Below are positions 40,050 through 54,200 of a stretch of 64,000 bases of DNA, piece after piece. This DNA is from Eledone cirrhosa (taxonomy: Eukaryota). Numbering within the stretch: position 1 is the first letter of the stretch; each line of letters begins with the position of its first letter. The notes beneath the pieces are model-generated. The model was not told the origin of the DNA, did no database searches, and saw only the letters and a list, made by a program, of their open reading frames with translations. A program made the translations under genes and the position numbers. The stretch is taken from positions 122,388,001-122,452,000 of the forward strand of contig OZ024742.1 of assembly GCA_964016885.1 (NCBI GenBank). Reading direction: 5' to 3'.

Positions 40050-40600
40050 TATACTTTGGGTCATGCAAACCAATAAAAACACACACTAGCTGATTTTCCT
40101 TTCAGTTAATTATTAATTGTGTATCCAATACTTTAATCAGTTAGTTTAACTGTCGGCAGCGGCGGCGGCTTCTTTTCCTTCTTCATATTCTTCTTCTTCT
40201 TCTTCTTCATTCCCTACTGCAAAAACTAGCGATGGGCCTGCGACCTGTCCTTGGAAGAGTGGGATGGACGCACAAAAATTGCATATCCTGGCACTTTAAA
40301 GAGAGCGAACCTTACCAGTTGGAACCTGGAACATCACAACCCCTTACAGATAAGAAATAGGACCATGTGAAGGAGGCTAGATGCTACCGGCTAGATATAG
40401 TCGGCGTTTCCTCAACATAATTCCCTGGCTCTTATACTGTAGATTTCGACTGGGTTGCTGTTTAATTAATTGTCAAATCTCTTTCGTTACACATCCTGTG
40501 ACCTTCTCAATGACTATTCTTGCTCCTCTATGTCTCTTCTTTGGTCTAATCTTGTTATATTTACACCATCTTGATGGACAATGTAATTATACTTCAACAA
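40050..40600 (-). mobile_element. Diverged Naiad-like terminal repeat interrupted by a (GAA)n-tailed insertion
   Basis: actttgggtcatg...ccaataa matches 22681 onward. tgtcaaatctctttcgttacac...gtgaccttctcaatgac (40471-40514) is a decayed copy of the hammerhead region. Confidence 0.5.
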
Positions 40601-40727
40601 CTATAACATTGCCATTGTATGTGTTCCAGTGTATCGATTTATCCACAACGAAAACCATCCAGACATACTCACCCACAACATAGGCCAGAGCACTTAATTT
40701 ACTGCCTCACCATAAAAAAATTGTATG

Positions 40728-40728
<1 letters not shown>

Positions 40729-40785
<57 letters not shown>
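40729..40785. repeat. (TG)n microsatellite
   Basis: Seen directly. Confidence 0.95.
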
Positions 40786-40789
<4 letters not shown>

Positions 40790-40970
40790 CCATATGATAA
40801 CATGTAAATATTGGCTGTATAATGCGATTGAATTTATCATCATTACAAAACATATAATGTAAGGGGGACATATTGCGATGCGAATTTCTGGTTCAATTTT
40901 CTATGAAAGCGGGAACGTGGAATGCAGAAGAAATATAAACAAAAAAAGTATCATTATCTTGTTTGTAAAA

Positions 40971-41163
40971 GGGCGGTGGATTGCCAGTATCGGTAGAGGG
41001 TCGGACGCCATGCTTTGCAGCAAAGAGTTACGGCCCTTTATGATCTGAGTTCAAATCCCGCCGAGGTTAACTTTGCCTTTCATCCTTACGGGGTCGATAA
41101 AATAAAATACAAGTAATACACTGGGATAATTGCTGGCCTTGTGCCAAAAGTAGAAACTATTAT
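40971..41163 (+). mobile_element. SINE family 1, full length
   Basis: gggcggtggattgccagtatcggtagaggg...gagttcaaatcccgccgagg...agtagaaactatt. Confidence 0.92.
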
Positions 41164-42531
41164 CTTATTTGTAAAATATATAAGCATATATTAGGAACGG
41201 TAAATTGAACTGATGAGGTAGAGGCAATTATTTGAATGGTCATTGAACATGGGTACCTCCACCACATGTCTTAAATCTCTAAAAATAATAACCTAGTTTG
41301 ACACAAATAAGGTTTGTTACATTAGGTAATTTAACCATAAAATACGTGAATGTCAAGACTGAATTATCTCTCATCATTTGTTTTGCTCAAACTGCGCTGA
41401 GATAAAATAGCCAATTCAACATATTCTGCTACATAGACCATCAGTGGGATGGACAGATAGATATAAGATTTTGTCGTTGGAGTTTCAAATTAAGGGACAT
41501 TATTTTGTTAGACATAACAAGCAATAGATGGGTGTAATTCTTTTTCTTGTAAGTTCCGCATTCTTCATGCATAATCAATGTCAAAACCGTCATAGAACAA
41601 ATATGAATAACTAATACAACTTCATTATATCGGCAATATATATACGATGCTTAGAATTATCATATAAAGCGATGTATAGCTTATTTAATATGTTAGAAAG
41701 GAGAAATACTCTTTATTGACGCTTTAGCACTATGCATTTCCCTGGTGAAAGAGTAGACTCGATCCAATGAATTTATGATGTCGCATGTGTGACAATTAAT
41801 ATTAGACAGAGGACTTAGGAAAGAGACGTAATATTCTAGCACAAGTCAATTTAACTGAAACCAAGCACTAAACTTGTAGCCGATTGGTGTCATATTATCT
41901 AGCTTAGTGGATAATTGACAGTTTCTGCGCAACTTTAAAGTTTCCGATGTTGTCCTGCATTTATCCCTTTATCGCTAGTATTGCTGCATGAAACGTAATC
42001 ACTGGTAATTTTAGAAACCAGCTCATTTCGGCAGTATTTTTCAAATCTTGAAATGTGCAATTGCTTAATAGATTGACTCCATAATATACAGTAAGGTACG
42101 GATCTTCCCTAAAATAAACATACTGTTAAGAAAAGACGATAAATAATATACAATCAACAAAAAATAAATCGAAATAAACAATGAGAACGAAATAGATTTG
42201 GTGGGATATAAGATACTCAAGAAATGATTGCTATGGTATGAACGTCATTTCGCTCCAGCAACCTACAAACAAGCACGTTCAAATATATCTCACGTCGCTT
42301 CTTCTCTGACAGTACACTCATTATCTAAACCCTACCTCAATTGCATGTCACCTTCAATATGCACCACTATCAAGCTTATAAGGTAGACAAGCCAAACATC
42401 AATTACGGCATGTATCGGCTAGGTAAGGAACTAGACAAATCTCCCCACCATACTTCTTAAAACAGCATTATAAAATTGGTCAATGTATTCCTATATATCA
42501 AACACGTCATTAATCGTAATTATGCTGAAAT

Positions 42532-42719
42532 ATAATTGTTTCTACTTTTGGCGAAAGGCCAGCAATTATCGCAGTGGATTACTGGTACTTTATTTTATCG
42601 ACCCCGTAAGGATGAATGGCAAAGTTAACCACGGCGGGATTTTAACTCAGACCGTAAAGGGCTGTACCTCTGTGCTACAAAGCATGGCGTCCGATCCTTT
42701 ACCGATACTGCCAATCCAC
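42532..42719 (-). mobile_element. SINE family 1, full length
   Basis: Reverse complement of the family pattern. Confidence 0.9.
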
Positions 42720-44617
42720 ATACAAGAATAATTGCATTAACTGTAAATAGCAAATCTCTATTGGCATGTGGAACCGGTCATTGTCTAATGTGTCGCTATC
42801 TCAAGCATATTTTAGAGATTGCACAATCTTCCTCGAAATACGTGACTTGACAATTTAATTTGCCAGGCAACTTTTTTAAAACAACGTCTTGTGTTGCATA
42901 GGTGCCTTGACCTATGTCACAACTTCAATATCAAGCGCAAAGAAACACACACACAATCACACACACTCTTCCATATTACTCTAGGAACTAATTTGCCAAC
43001 AATTATTAAGGATAATTTATGGTTCTCACACGCACTCCTCTACTGTTTTCTTCCTTTTCTTCCGACCTTACCTATATTCAATACTCCCTCACCTACCTCA
43101 TTGGTTTTCAAATTTGACAGCTCTCTTAATGTTACCCCTTCCCGAACCCACTTACTGACAAGTGTTAACATTTTGAATTATACGCCCCTTCAGTTTTAAA
43201 TATCGTCTCTTCGCTTAACAGTTATTGCTTAACAGTTATTGTTTACCACTCACAATCTATTTTTCTGGATATTACCAAATAAAAAAAGCTATCACGTTAT
43301 AGATATATTATATAATATAATATGTGTAGGAGTGATTTTGTTTCACACTTTTAGTTTTTAACATTTGACCGTTGCCTTTTAAAACTATTGTTGCTTTCAG
43401 ATATAATTCATCACTCAGTTTTCCTGTACATTTCTTCCTTTTATTAATGGGTATTTGTTTAATTAATTCAATAATTTAGCATTGTAATTTTTTGCCGTCC
43501 AACGCGTGTTCATCGAAAGGGTGGAGTGGTGTTTTTACCATGAATTGATAATAATTTTAAAGGTATATTGAAAATAATATATATATAATGATTTAGGTAT
43601 GTATTTATAGTTTATGTAGAAGAGTATAAACACATTTGGACGACGTAGTCAATTGTTTGTGTATACAAAAGATGGCTAGCTGTGAAAAAAAGCGCACCAA
43701 AACAACGGCTGTTCTCCTAAAAACTATTTTCATTCTACTTTCTGGTGTCAATGTTTGGCCTACAGACATACTAGAATTGTGGGAACCCCTAACTATAAAA
43801 GGAATTAGAAGTTTGACTACATACCTCAGGTCACATTATGAAAATAAATACATTGAAATATAAAGTTACTTCTAATAAGATATATATATATATATATATC
43901 TTGTGATACTGTGGAAGTAATTGATTATTTTGTATTAAAAAAGTGTTAAAAACCTAAAATATAAAGAGGTAGTCATTATTACAAAATCACAAATTGAGCA
44001 GACTTTCCTCCAAATTCAACAAATAGAAATAATTTCGTGTTTGCAGAAATCAGAAAATATCAAACTGAAGCCATTTCAGAAATCGATTTTGGAAACATCT
44101 ATTTAAAGAACACATGATTTCCTAATAGATTTTACAATTATTTGATTGTAAAAAGTCCCGCAACACTGACAATATTTATTTCATGCAAGGTGTCTAGAGC
44201 AATCAACCTCACGAAATCTACCATCTTTGAGCTGTAACCACATGAGCATTTCAAAACAGACTAAAACCTGAGAAAATTAGACAACATTAATGTGCTTAGA
44301 CGTGGTAAATGGCAGAATTCGTAGAGCACTTTAAAAAATCCTTATGGAGTTCAGTTAGTCTACTGTAAATTCTGGACACACACATTTTATCAGGTCAATT
44401 TCGCTTTAATTTCTCCTTTCTGGTCTCTATTTAAATAAAACCAATTAAGATCACTTAATGATTTAATCTTGTTTTCTCCCATAATATTCATAGCCATCCT
44501 TTTCTGTCTTTTCCTCCGACGCAATTCCTTTTCCCAATCTCCCCATTTCCTCGTATATATATATATATTTTTTTTTTTTTCACCTCTACATTTTATTGGA
44601 ATTTATAATCTGTAAGA

Positions 44618-44820
44618 GCGCAGTGAATTGCCAATATCCTTAGAGTGTCGGCGAACATGCTTTGCAGTAGTTAGTTCCGGCCTTTTGCATGCTGAGTTAA
44701 ATCCCGTCGAGTTTTACCATTGCCTTTCATCATTGAGGACCATAAAACACTATAGTAATACTGCCGTCGCCGTTTCTCCGTCCATAATGTATTGGCCTTG
44801 TCCCTAAATGAGAAATAATT
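44618..44820 (+). mobile_element. Diverged SINE family 1-related copy
   Basis: gcagtgaattgccaatatc...gagttaaatcccgtcgag...ttgcctttcatc...ggccttgtccc. Confidence 0.65.
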
Positions 44821-46529
44821 CATAATGAGTGCATATATTCTTCCTTATAGCGTTTTAGTCTAAAATGAGAGAATGTAATAATATAGAAACACTTTTATTT
44901 GCTTTCTCCAAGCTGAATTATAGTCGAATTTCACTACCACTACATTTTTCTAAATTATTCCTAAAGTATTTGATCAGCATAGTATCTTAGAATTCTCTTC
45001 ATTTTTTTTTTGTTTATCAAAATCTGAAACCTCTGAATGTTAGTTTCCGTATCAGAGTTATGAGGGATATATCAGTTGATCGGCTTTTCTTTTCCCAGCC
45101 CACTTTAGACTGCGAGAGTTTCTGAGTACAAGAGCTTACATTAATTCCACATTTTTATTTTCATGGAGTTTAATCACCATAGTGAAAAGTATTATCTCCT
45201 ATCTATCCATGCATGGCAAGCTGTTTTTCTCATATAAACATCGATAGGAAGGCCTTTACATCATCGATCGATTTGCTAGTAACCAAAGTATAAAGATACA
45301 CCCGGCAATATTAAAAAGAGGCAATGTAATTCTTTATTTTGACGGTATTCAGACCTCTAGTTCTTTTCATGAAAATGCTTCAATTTGTATTATAAACGAA
45401 TAGTGGGAAACAGTATATTCTTCTTGTGGTGATTTTTCCATTACATCTTTAGCCTTTGTAACAATCGAGGATAAGGCAATGCAAATGTACGACCGTCGGT
45501 TTATATTGTTGTTTAGACCCATTCCAGGCATGATTAAGCAGAACAGAGTTTAAAGCATATGTCCGTTACCATGCGTACGTTTTGTACATCTATATATGCA
45601 TTATCTATTGTATGTTAGCCTAGTGGGTTATTGGTATTTGACAGAGAAAGCGACTAAATGGAGGATCGATCATTAGTGCCTTTATGAAAAGATTAACGTT
45701 GTATTTGCAGATGATATAAACCACAACATATGAGAGTTAAAAATATGTACTGCAATGCTTCAACACCAGCGCTAGCAGAAACACAAGTAATACCAAGTCA
45801 CTGCTAATTAAATGTAGACCAACCCCTCTCTTCCCTTTCTTACATAACCTCCGTTTTTATCATTCATTTATTTGTCTTTCTCTCACTGTCCTATTCAATC
45901 CACTATATATATACAATACAAGACTACAACTTTGTATTTAAAATTATTATGACAAGCGTTACAGAGTCGGATTAATTAGAGAAGTGTAGGTCACATCCCT
46001 AGAAGGCGGGTAATATATCAAAAATATAAAAAAACTGTTGCATTTTCATTCTAATAGAACGAGCTGTGTCCATGTCGTTTGAGAGCATTCTGAGATCATT
46101 TTTCTTTTTTTGTTTGGCGGGGGTGGGGGGGTGGGGTGATACTCAATAAATGTAGCAGAGAAGAAGAGCAATGGAATTCAAACTGGATGTTTGTGGGAGT
46201 AAGAAATGGTGAGTGTTATAAGGGCTAAGCTTTGCGAAGGGGATAGCCAGAAAAATATTATTGACGATATAAGATATGCGATGAGACATAACAAAAGGAG
46301 AACGAGGTCTGTACTAAGAATAGATAAAATAAAGTGAGGTTACATCGCATGCATCAGCCAGAGATCGGAGCGTGCTTGTAAGCAACTTTATACCAATCAA
46401 TCTGGTGGATGTTTGCACGAAATGCCGTTTAGGATGTCTGCATATATATCAGAACAACCATCCTAAGTTTGTGAATATAGAAATAAGAAATAAATGATAA
46501 TGTCTATAAATATTCACTTATTTATACAA

Positions 46530-46690
46530 GGCGGTGAATTGGCAGAGTCGTTCGAAAGTCAAATAGAATGCTTTGCGGTATTCGTTTCGGGTCTCAGTTC
46601 TTTGGGTTCAAATTCCACCGGGATCAGCTTTGCCTTTCATCTATTCGTGGTTGATGAAATTAGTACAACTAAAGTACTAGGCTCGATTCA
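46530..46690 (+). mobile_element. Diverged SINE family 1-related copy
   Basis: ggcggtgaattggcagagtcg...gggttcaaattccaccgggatcagctttgcctttcatc. Confidence 0.7.
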
Positions 46691-46945
46691 TCTGCTGTAT
46701 ATTGTTCTCACTTCCGTTCTCTCATTCTCTATCCTTCTCGGTAAGAAATCTGCTGTGTTCAGACCTGGAGAGGGGATGCGCTCCGCCAGGTTTATAAATG
46801 TCCTAGAAAAGCCGTATGACAATACGGCGCCTCTACGACTCACGTGGGAGTTAAGGGGCTATGCATGTTATCTTATATACCTCAATTACTGATAAGGTGT
46901 ATCGCATTTGTCTCAGAATTTCTCTACAAATAGATAACTCATATA

Positions 46946-47235
46946 GGTGCGTGGCTAAGTGGTTAGAAAATTGGATTCACAATCGTGAGGTTGTGTGTTC
47001 GATTCCCATACCAGGTGATGCGTTATGTTCATGAGCAAGACACTTTATACGACGGTGCTCTATCTGCCGTGGGCTGATACCGGTAAATAATATTGGAAAG
47101 ACCAATGGAAACAGTATCTCCTTGGTCTGATCTGACGAGTTCCAAATCCTGTCGGTCGCTACTAGACTGGAACTTACAAAATTTAACACATTGCCTTAAT
47201 ATTCGACTAGATACGAGTTGTAGATTTGAAACCAA
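46946..47235 (+). mobile_element. tRNA-derived SINE, family 2
   Basis: A box TGGCTAAGTGG, B box GTTCGATTCC, then tgttcatgagcaagacacttta, resembling a conserved SINE core. No tRNA acceptor stem or terminator. Confidence 0.75.
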
Positions 47236-50200
47236 GAAATATGTTTCTGTTGTCCAGTATTATAAACACTTAAAAATTCATATAAAATCCAATACATACT
47301 AAACAAAATTCAATGCTGTAGGGAGGATATATTGCATTAAGATAAATAGCTTGGAATGAACCTAACTTGTTGAGAAAGAATTACGAAGATTAATTTAAGC
47401 AGGTCCTTTCAAGAGAGTGATTTATAAGCATTTTAAATACTTGTTTAAAATGAAAATACGTAATCTTAATGGAATTAATAAAATTCAGTATTTACATCTT
47501 TCAATTCAAAGTCAATGCTTATTTACTATATTACTATATAATTGGGAGATGTATTTGATTAGCTCTTACTGCCGACGTATATATATATCCACCCATATAT
47601 ATATATATATATGCTCAATAATACACACACACAGACAGACAGACACACACAGATATATATTTATATATAACTTTAAATCCTTAAACGTTTCTAGTTAGCT
47701 AATGAGATGAGATATAATACATTTCCGTTTATATGTATATAAGCTAACTGCAAATAGGAAATAATTTTAAGCCATGAAATCGAAAAACGTGGCTCAATAC
47801 CATACATAATCCTGTAAATATATTCTACAGATAGAGATTTTACTGCTCTGAATCAATCTAAATTATAGACAAATATCTAAATTCATTGAAGAAATTAATT
47901 CGAAATATATATACAAGGTTCATGTTTGATGCAGTTGTTCCACAACAGTCTATTCGCATGTACAAGTAATTAAGATAAGAACATTTTTGATAAAATTTCA
48001 TAACCAAGTAAATATTTCATAACTTTTATCTGAAAGTTCGTAACTTGGCATAACTTAGCCGCCTTCCCTGCCCAAAATACAAAGTGCCTTTTAAAAATCC
48101 TTTGTTATATACTGTCTTTAATACACAAAATACTAACCAGGTATCAGTCAAGAAGACCTGCCAACCCAAACGAGGAGTACTATGAAAAAAGTTGCCCCAC
48201 CAACACAGACGAAATGAAGCAAAATGCGGAGATTTTACATAATGAAAACTATACCGATTTTCATAGTTGAGGACATCTCACACCCATGCAAAGTGAGTGG
48301 GAGATATCCCCTTCGGACGTGAAGTTGACAGGTCTGGTCAAAGAAAACATCATACTTACGAATCTTTCTAATATAAAGTGTGAAGAGGCCTTACAAAGAT
48401 GGGCTTATACCAGTTAGAACGACGTACGCTTCCTAAACACTTCCTTCAATAGAAAACACAGGCGCCGCTATAAGTAGGCTTCTATACAGTTAAAACATCT
48501 GCTAGCAAAAACACATAAATATCTCCTGATCGTGTAGCGTGTGTTACTGAAATACTTTCGGTCGTATGTTTACTAAACCTGGATTTGCTTGATATGAAAT
48601 AATGCCAACAGCAACAATAGGAACAAAGGGCAATGCGTTGTTTCTATTAGTGTAATTCAATATATATAACTCCCACAATACTATTGCAGATAATGAATCC
48701 AGAGCATTTCAAAAGCACTTGCAGACTAACTAATTTACTACACTTGTCAGCAGCTACATGATATCCGTTGGCAGCTAGATCTACAGGGCCACAATAATGT
48801 TAAATATATTAGCGTATATATTGATGCGTACCGAATATATGCGTGTAATTAAATTAGTCCTTATATTATTTTACTTCTGAATATGTCAAATATTCGATTA
48901 TTTTCTTCGATAGAGAAAGGTATTATATTTAGTTGAAATGAAATCCATAACATGTACAGTGTAGACGTAGACAAAGTACCATGTACTCTCAGAACTGAGT
49001 TAAAAAATAATTTAGTCTCTCCCATTACGTATGATTGTCTGTTTATTATAAAGATCAACATTCACTAATTATTTATACGGTATGTATAACAATAGAAATT
49101 CGTAAATTAGGCATTCGCGTAAAATTTTGAATTTGAATTGGCCAAAAATCAAATTAAAATAAAATAAAATAAAGTGTAAGCAGTTATTCACATTTGTCTT
49201 TCCTTGTAACGAAATATGAACCAGAAAACACGAAAACAAATCGCCACCCTTAAATGTTTGTTGTTATAAACTATATTAATTGGAGGAATATCACCTAACA
49301 TAATTCCTAAATTATGATAATTTTTAATATTGAATTATCAACTTCCCTTCTTTTATTAAAATGTACAAGAGGCCGATCTTATTATGGGCTCAGGGAAATG
49401 CAACAATTTGTCGTTTCTAATACTTCCTATGGGTTGTATTCATGAAAATGAAGGAAAATCGCATCTGCCAGGGTTTGAAACGGTGATATGTCCACGCGTA
49501 CAAAATGATTAGTGTTTGCGTTTCAGCACTTAGTTATACTAGCCAAAGTTGATAGAAGCAAATATTTGAAGCACAAAATTAATATTCTTCTTCTTATTTC
49601 CAGGAGTAATAGGGTTAATGAAATTTATTTACCAAATAATTTAAATTCCCTAAAGTGTCAAAGTGATACTGTTACAGTAAATATATACATTCAGATGTAA
49701 TAATGATAATGTTCATGTTTCATTGGACTAGATATTTTTGGTAACTGTTTAAAGTAATTGAAATTTCGTGTTATAGAATATCACTATGTGAATTTATTCA
49801 GAAATATTTAGGATAGAATGTCATGTTATTTCATATTAGACATTTGAAATATTTGTTTATCGAGTCTTTACTATATGGGATTATATTGGATGTGGTATTG
49901 ACCGGACGTCGGTTATAGCAATGATGGTAAATGTGCTACACAGAATAGCCATTACTACGATTAGTCTGGAAAATATGTAGTTTGTCGATAGAATTAACAT
50001 CAGAAATAATATTCTAAGTGAAAACACTAGAGATTTATTATACACTTGTAGGGAATTCTAGATGGACAGGGTAGAATAACAGAAGTACGAGGAAATCAGA
50101 ACACATCGAGAGAGAAATAAATATTGAAGTTTTGTTAGCCTATGAGGATACAAATCAATAATTTCTAAGTAGTATCTATAAAATTGCAGCCAATTGTCCA

Positions 50201-50468
50201 TCAGAAGGATGTAGCATTTCTAAAAATAGATTGCGGGTAAAGTTTTGAAATAAATTCGAAATAAAATCATCGAGCATTCACCAAAACCTTCTCAGTGAAT
50301 TCACGAAAGTAAACTGTCTCATTCAAGAGTTTATCGCTTATGAGTGAACACTTGGGGATAATATAATATTGTATTTGATAAATGAACAAGACAATAGTCG
50401 GCATAGGAAATGTGTAATAATTTAATAGTGTATAAACAATGGTTTATATGTAGCTAGATTCTAGTTGA

Positions 50469-50610
50469 ATATATATATATATATACATACATACTGTTTT
50501 ATACATGCACGCATATATATATATATATATACATAGAAGCAATATATATATATATATACATACATACTGTTTTATACATGCACGCATATATATATATATA
50601 TACATAGAAG

Positions 50611-50650
<40 letters not shown>
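50469..50650. repeat. TA-rich tandem duplication with an about 70-bp unit
   Basis: catacatactgttttatacatgcacgca(ta)n...catagaagcaa occurs twice. Confidence 0.85.
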
Positions 50651-50652
<2 letters not shown>

Positions 50653-51204
50653 CTTCTGTATAAATACTCTAGTCTATACACATATTTCAATTCCTGCCAT
50701 TTAGTATATTTATATGTAATGTAACAATGTGAACTGTGCAACTGCGTTTAAGAAACATTATAGGAGAGTATTAGGGTGGGAATCTTTTCATATCCAGAAT
50801 GAATAGAGAGAGGCAGTGGACGCCAATGCGAACGCATTGAGAACATATTTATGTTGCGTGTTTGCTCTATTAATTTAACAGAATTAGCAATATATTAATA
50901 TAACAAAAGAGATAGAATATGATGCAATTATATCTCAATTATTGTGTTAGAAGATAAATGGGATGTAAAACAAACGTATTATATTCAATTAAGGGTCGAA
51001 ATTAATTGAGTGATTAGCGATAGATAAACGTATAAAATTCCATTAGGAATATCGTGCTACCATTATTACAAGAAATATACCAGTAATATAGTTAAATGTA
51101 TCGAAATATACTTTGTAGAAAGAACGATCATACTTGGTAAATGGTAATATTGGAATAATCATATAGTATACGTGTATATGTGCATGTATGTATCTTTTGT
51201 ATAA

Positions 51205-54200
51205 TCTCTCTATATATAAAACGGTAGATGTCTGTCTGTGTTTGAGTATGATTTTTATGCATTTCCACATTTCTCTACCGATTTTGATGAATTTTTTTCC
51301 AATGTGCTCCAAATTTACCAGGGCAGGTCAACACGTAATTATTTTTGCCAGAAATATCCTGCTTCTATGAAAAAAAATCGATAAAACTAAATACATGCTG
51401 TAACCCTCTCTCTTACACGCTTCATTTCTCTCACTACTACCATCAAAAATATATGAAACTACATACATGTTGCAACTCTCTTTAAAAGGTTGATATTTTC
51501 CTCTAATCCACTCTCAATCTCCTCTGCAACTCTCTTTAAAAGGTTCATCACTCTCTCTACTCCCCCTCAATCTCCTCTGCAACTCTCTTTAAAAGGTTAC
51601 TGCCTCCGTCTACTACCCTATCAACATTACAATTTAGAACGACAAAACTTCTTTTGAAGGAACGCGACACAAACTTTGAAACCTAAGCAACACAACAACC
51701 ATAGCTTTACTCTCTCCGTCGCATTTCCCTCTCTCTACAATAGATTATTACCCCTCTCTACAGTCATAACGACACTCATACATCAAATATCAAAATTTAA
51801 AAAGCCGATAACACTAAATACATACTGCTCTCTCAACGTTACATTTTACATCAAGTAACAAATATTCAAAAGCAACTGATGAATTTATAAAACAACAAAC
51901 GTAACAATAACGACCTCTCTATAATTTAACTGCTTTACTCTCTCTGTCTCTCTTAATTCCCTATATGACAACACTGCAGGGAGAGAAACAATGTATATGA
52001 TCAAATGGAGCGTTCCGTATATTCCCCCTCTCTATAATTTAACTGCTTTACTCTCTCTGTCGCTCTTCACTCCCTATATGACAACACTGCAGTGGAGCGT
52101 TCCGTATTGAGCGTTCCGTATTGGCATACGGCTTATCTGGGGCATTTTCAATCGGCTTATTGCAAATAACAACCGGCAAAATAATACTTCATATAACAGA
52201 TTAATGATATAGATATATGAATCGGAATGTAACCCGTGAACTTTTTCCTGGGCAAAATTATTCGAACAGACATGACCTCATTGCCAGAGTGTTCAGACTG
52301 AAACTGACTAAACTTATGGCTTTAATCAAAAAGGTCAGGTATTTGGGGTCGTAAAATGTGACATGTTCATCGTCGAATGGCAAAAACGAGGGCTGCCACA
52401 TGCTCACATTTTGATTTGGTTAGCTGATAAAATCAATTCAAATGCCATAGTCAGCTTCATTTTGGCTGAAATCCCTAACCCAGCAACTGACCAGGAATTA
52501 CATGACATCGTCAAAGCTAACATGGTCCGTGTGCGTCGGGTCCTAATGGGCATCACACTGTCTGAAAGGGGGCTCGTGCAGTAAGGGATACCCCAAACAA
52601 TTTGTTGACGAGAATCAGACACGGGCGACGGGTACGCCTTGTACAGGCGGAGACGGTCCGAGAACGGTGGCTTCCCCACAACAGTAAAGGGAGGTCAAGT
52701 CGACAATAGATAGGTGGTCCCTTACTGCCCGCTTCTCTTGAAGATGTTCAACGCCCACACCAACGTTGAGTTTTGCAACTCCGTAAAGTCTATAAAATAC
52801 ATATGCAAATATGTAAATAAGGGCTGATGAGATCACAGAATACCTGGCGGGGCGGTAGATCAGTAGCAATGAAGCTTTTTGGCGCCTATTTGGTTTCCCC
52901 CTACACCAACGGCACTCGCCATCGTACACCTTGCGGTATATTTGGAAAATGGGCAAAGGGTTTACTTTACGGACCAAATCGCCGCCGATCCGAAAGAGAC
53001 CACTATGACAGGTTTCTTCAAACTTTGCCAGTTCGATACATTTGCGCACTCAATTGTGTACCCCCAGGTTCCATCCGACTTTATATGGTCGAAAAATAAT
53101 TGGGTGCGAAGAAAGTCAGGTCTGGCTGTTGAAAGTAAAATTTGGCAGCTGTCTTAGAAGGCTTTACACTGCCCCCAAGTCAGCATGAGTGCTTTCATCT
53201 CCGCCTTCTTCTGCATGAAGTTGTAGGCCACAAAGTTTTCAGGACTTCAAAACTGTTGATGGAGAAATATGTGATACGTACCGGGAAGCCTGCTTTAAGC
53301 GTGGTCTTTTGGAAGATGATTCGCAATGGGATTTCACTTTAGCAGAGGGTGCTTTGTTCAAATCACCTAAAGGTCTACGGGAACTCTTTGCCATTTTGCT
53401 TCAAAAGTGTGAATTGGGTGATCCCAAATCTTTATGGGTCAAGTACAGAGACTTCATGTCTGAGGATTTCCTGCACCTGGCTCATCGGCAGTATCCTTCA
53501 GTGGAAGCTGCTTACAGCGGCATTATCTATAACAGGGAACTCATTGATATTGAGGACGCCTTCCTCGACATGGGTGGGAGTGATTTGGCGACGTAAGGCT
53601 TGCCGTCAACCGTCACAGATGAAGCTAACACGTTGGCCCCGGATTTGCTGCTGGAAACAGCATATGACATCGAATCTCTTTCCCAATACCTAGAGTAAAA
53701 TGAGCCCAAACGTCTGTCGGACCAAAGTTTGGCCTATTTAACTATCATTGACGCGGTTCAAAATCAGACTGGGGGTATTTACATTCTCGATGCTCCTGGG
53801 GGTACCGGAAAAAACTTTTGTAACAAAATTGATGCCCGCTAAGATTCGTCAGAAGAAAGAAATTGCGTTGGCCGTTGCATCATCCGGGATCGCTGCTACT
53901 TTGCAGCCGAGAAGCAGGACAGCACATTCAACCTTTAAACTCCCCTTGGATTTAGTGAAAACTGAGATACCAACATGAAATATTAGCAAGAGCTCACACG
54001 AAGCTCTGGTTCTCAAAAAATGTTGCCTCATTGTTTAGGATGAGTGTACAATGGCACACAAGAGTGCCCTTGAGGCATTGGACGGCACCCTGAAAGACAT
54101 TAGGGATTCTACGGTTCCTATGGGTGGCGTAACCCTTCTGCTATCAGGTATTTTTCGGCAAACGCTGCCTGTCATCCCCAAAGGGGCAAGAGCTGATGAA

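Noticed and set aside
46946-47015. tRNA gene
   Set aside because: A and B boxes are present, but there is no proper cloverleaf or terminator and it continues into a SINE body.
48130-48480. GC-richer island with a gtaagt donor on the minus strand, possibly a host exon
   Set aside because: No sustained ORF or recognisable motif. RNA-seq would be needed.
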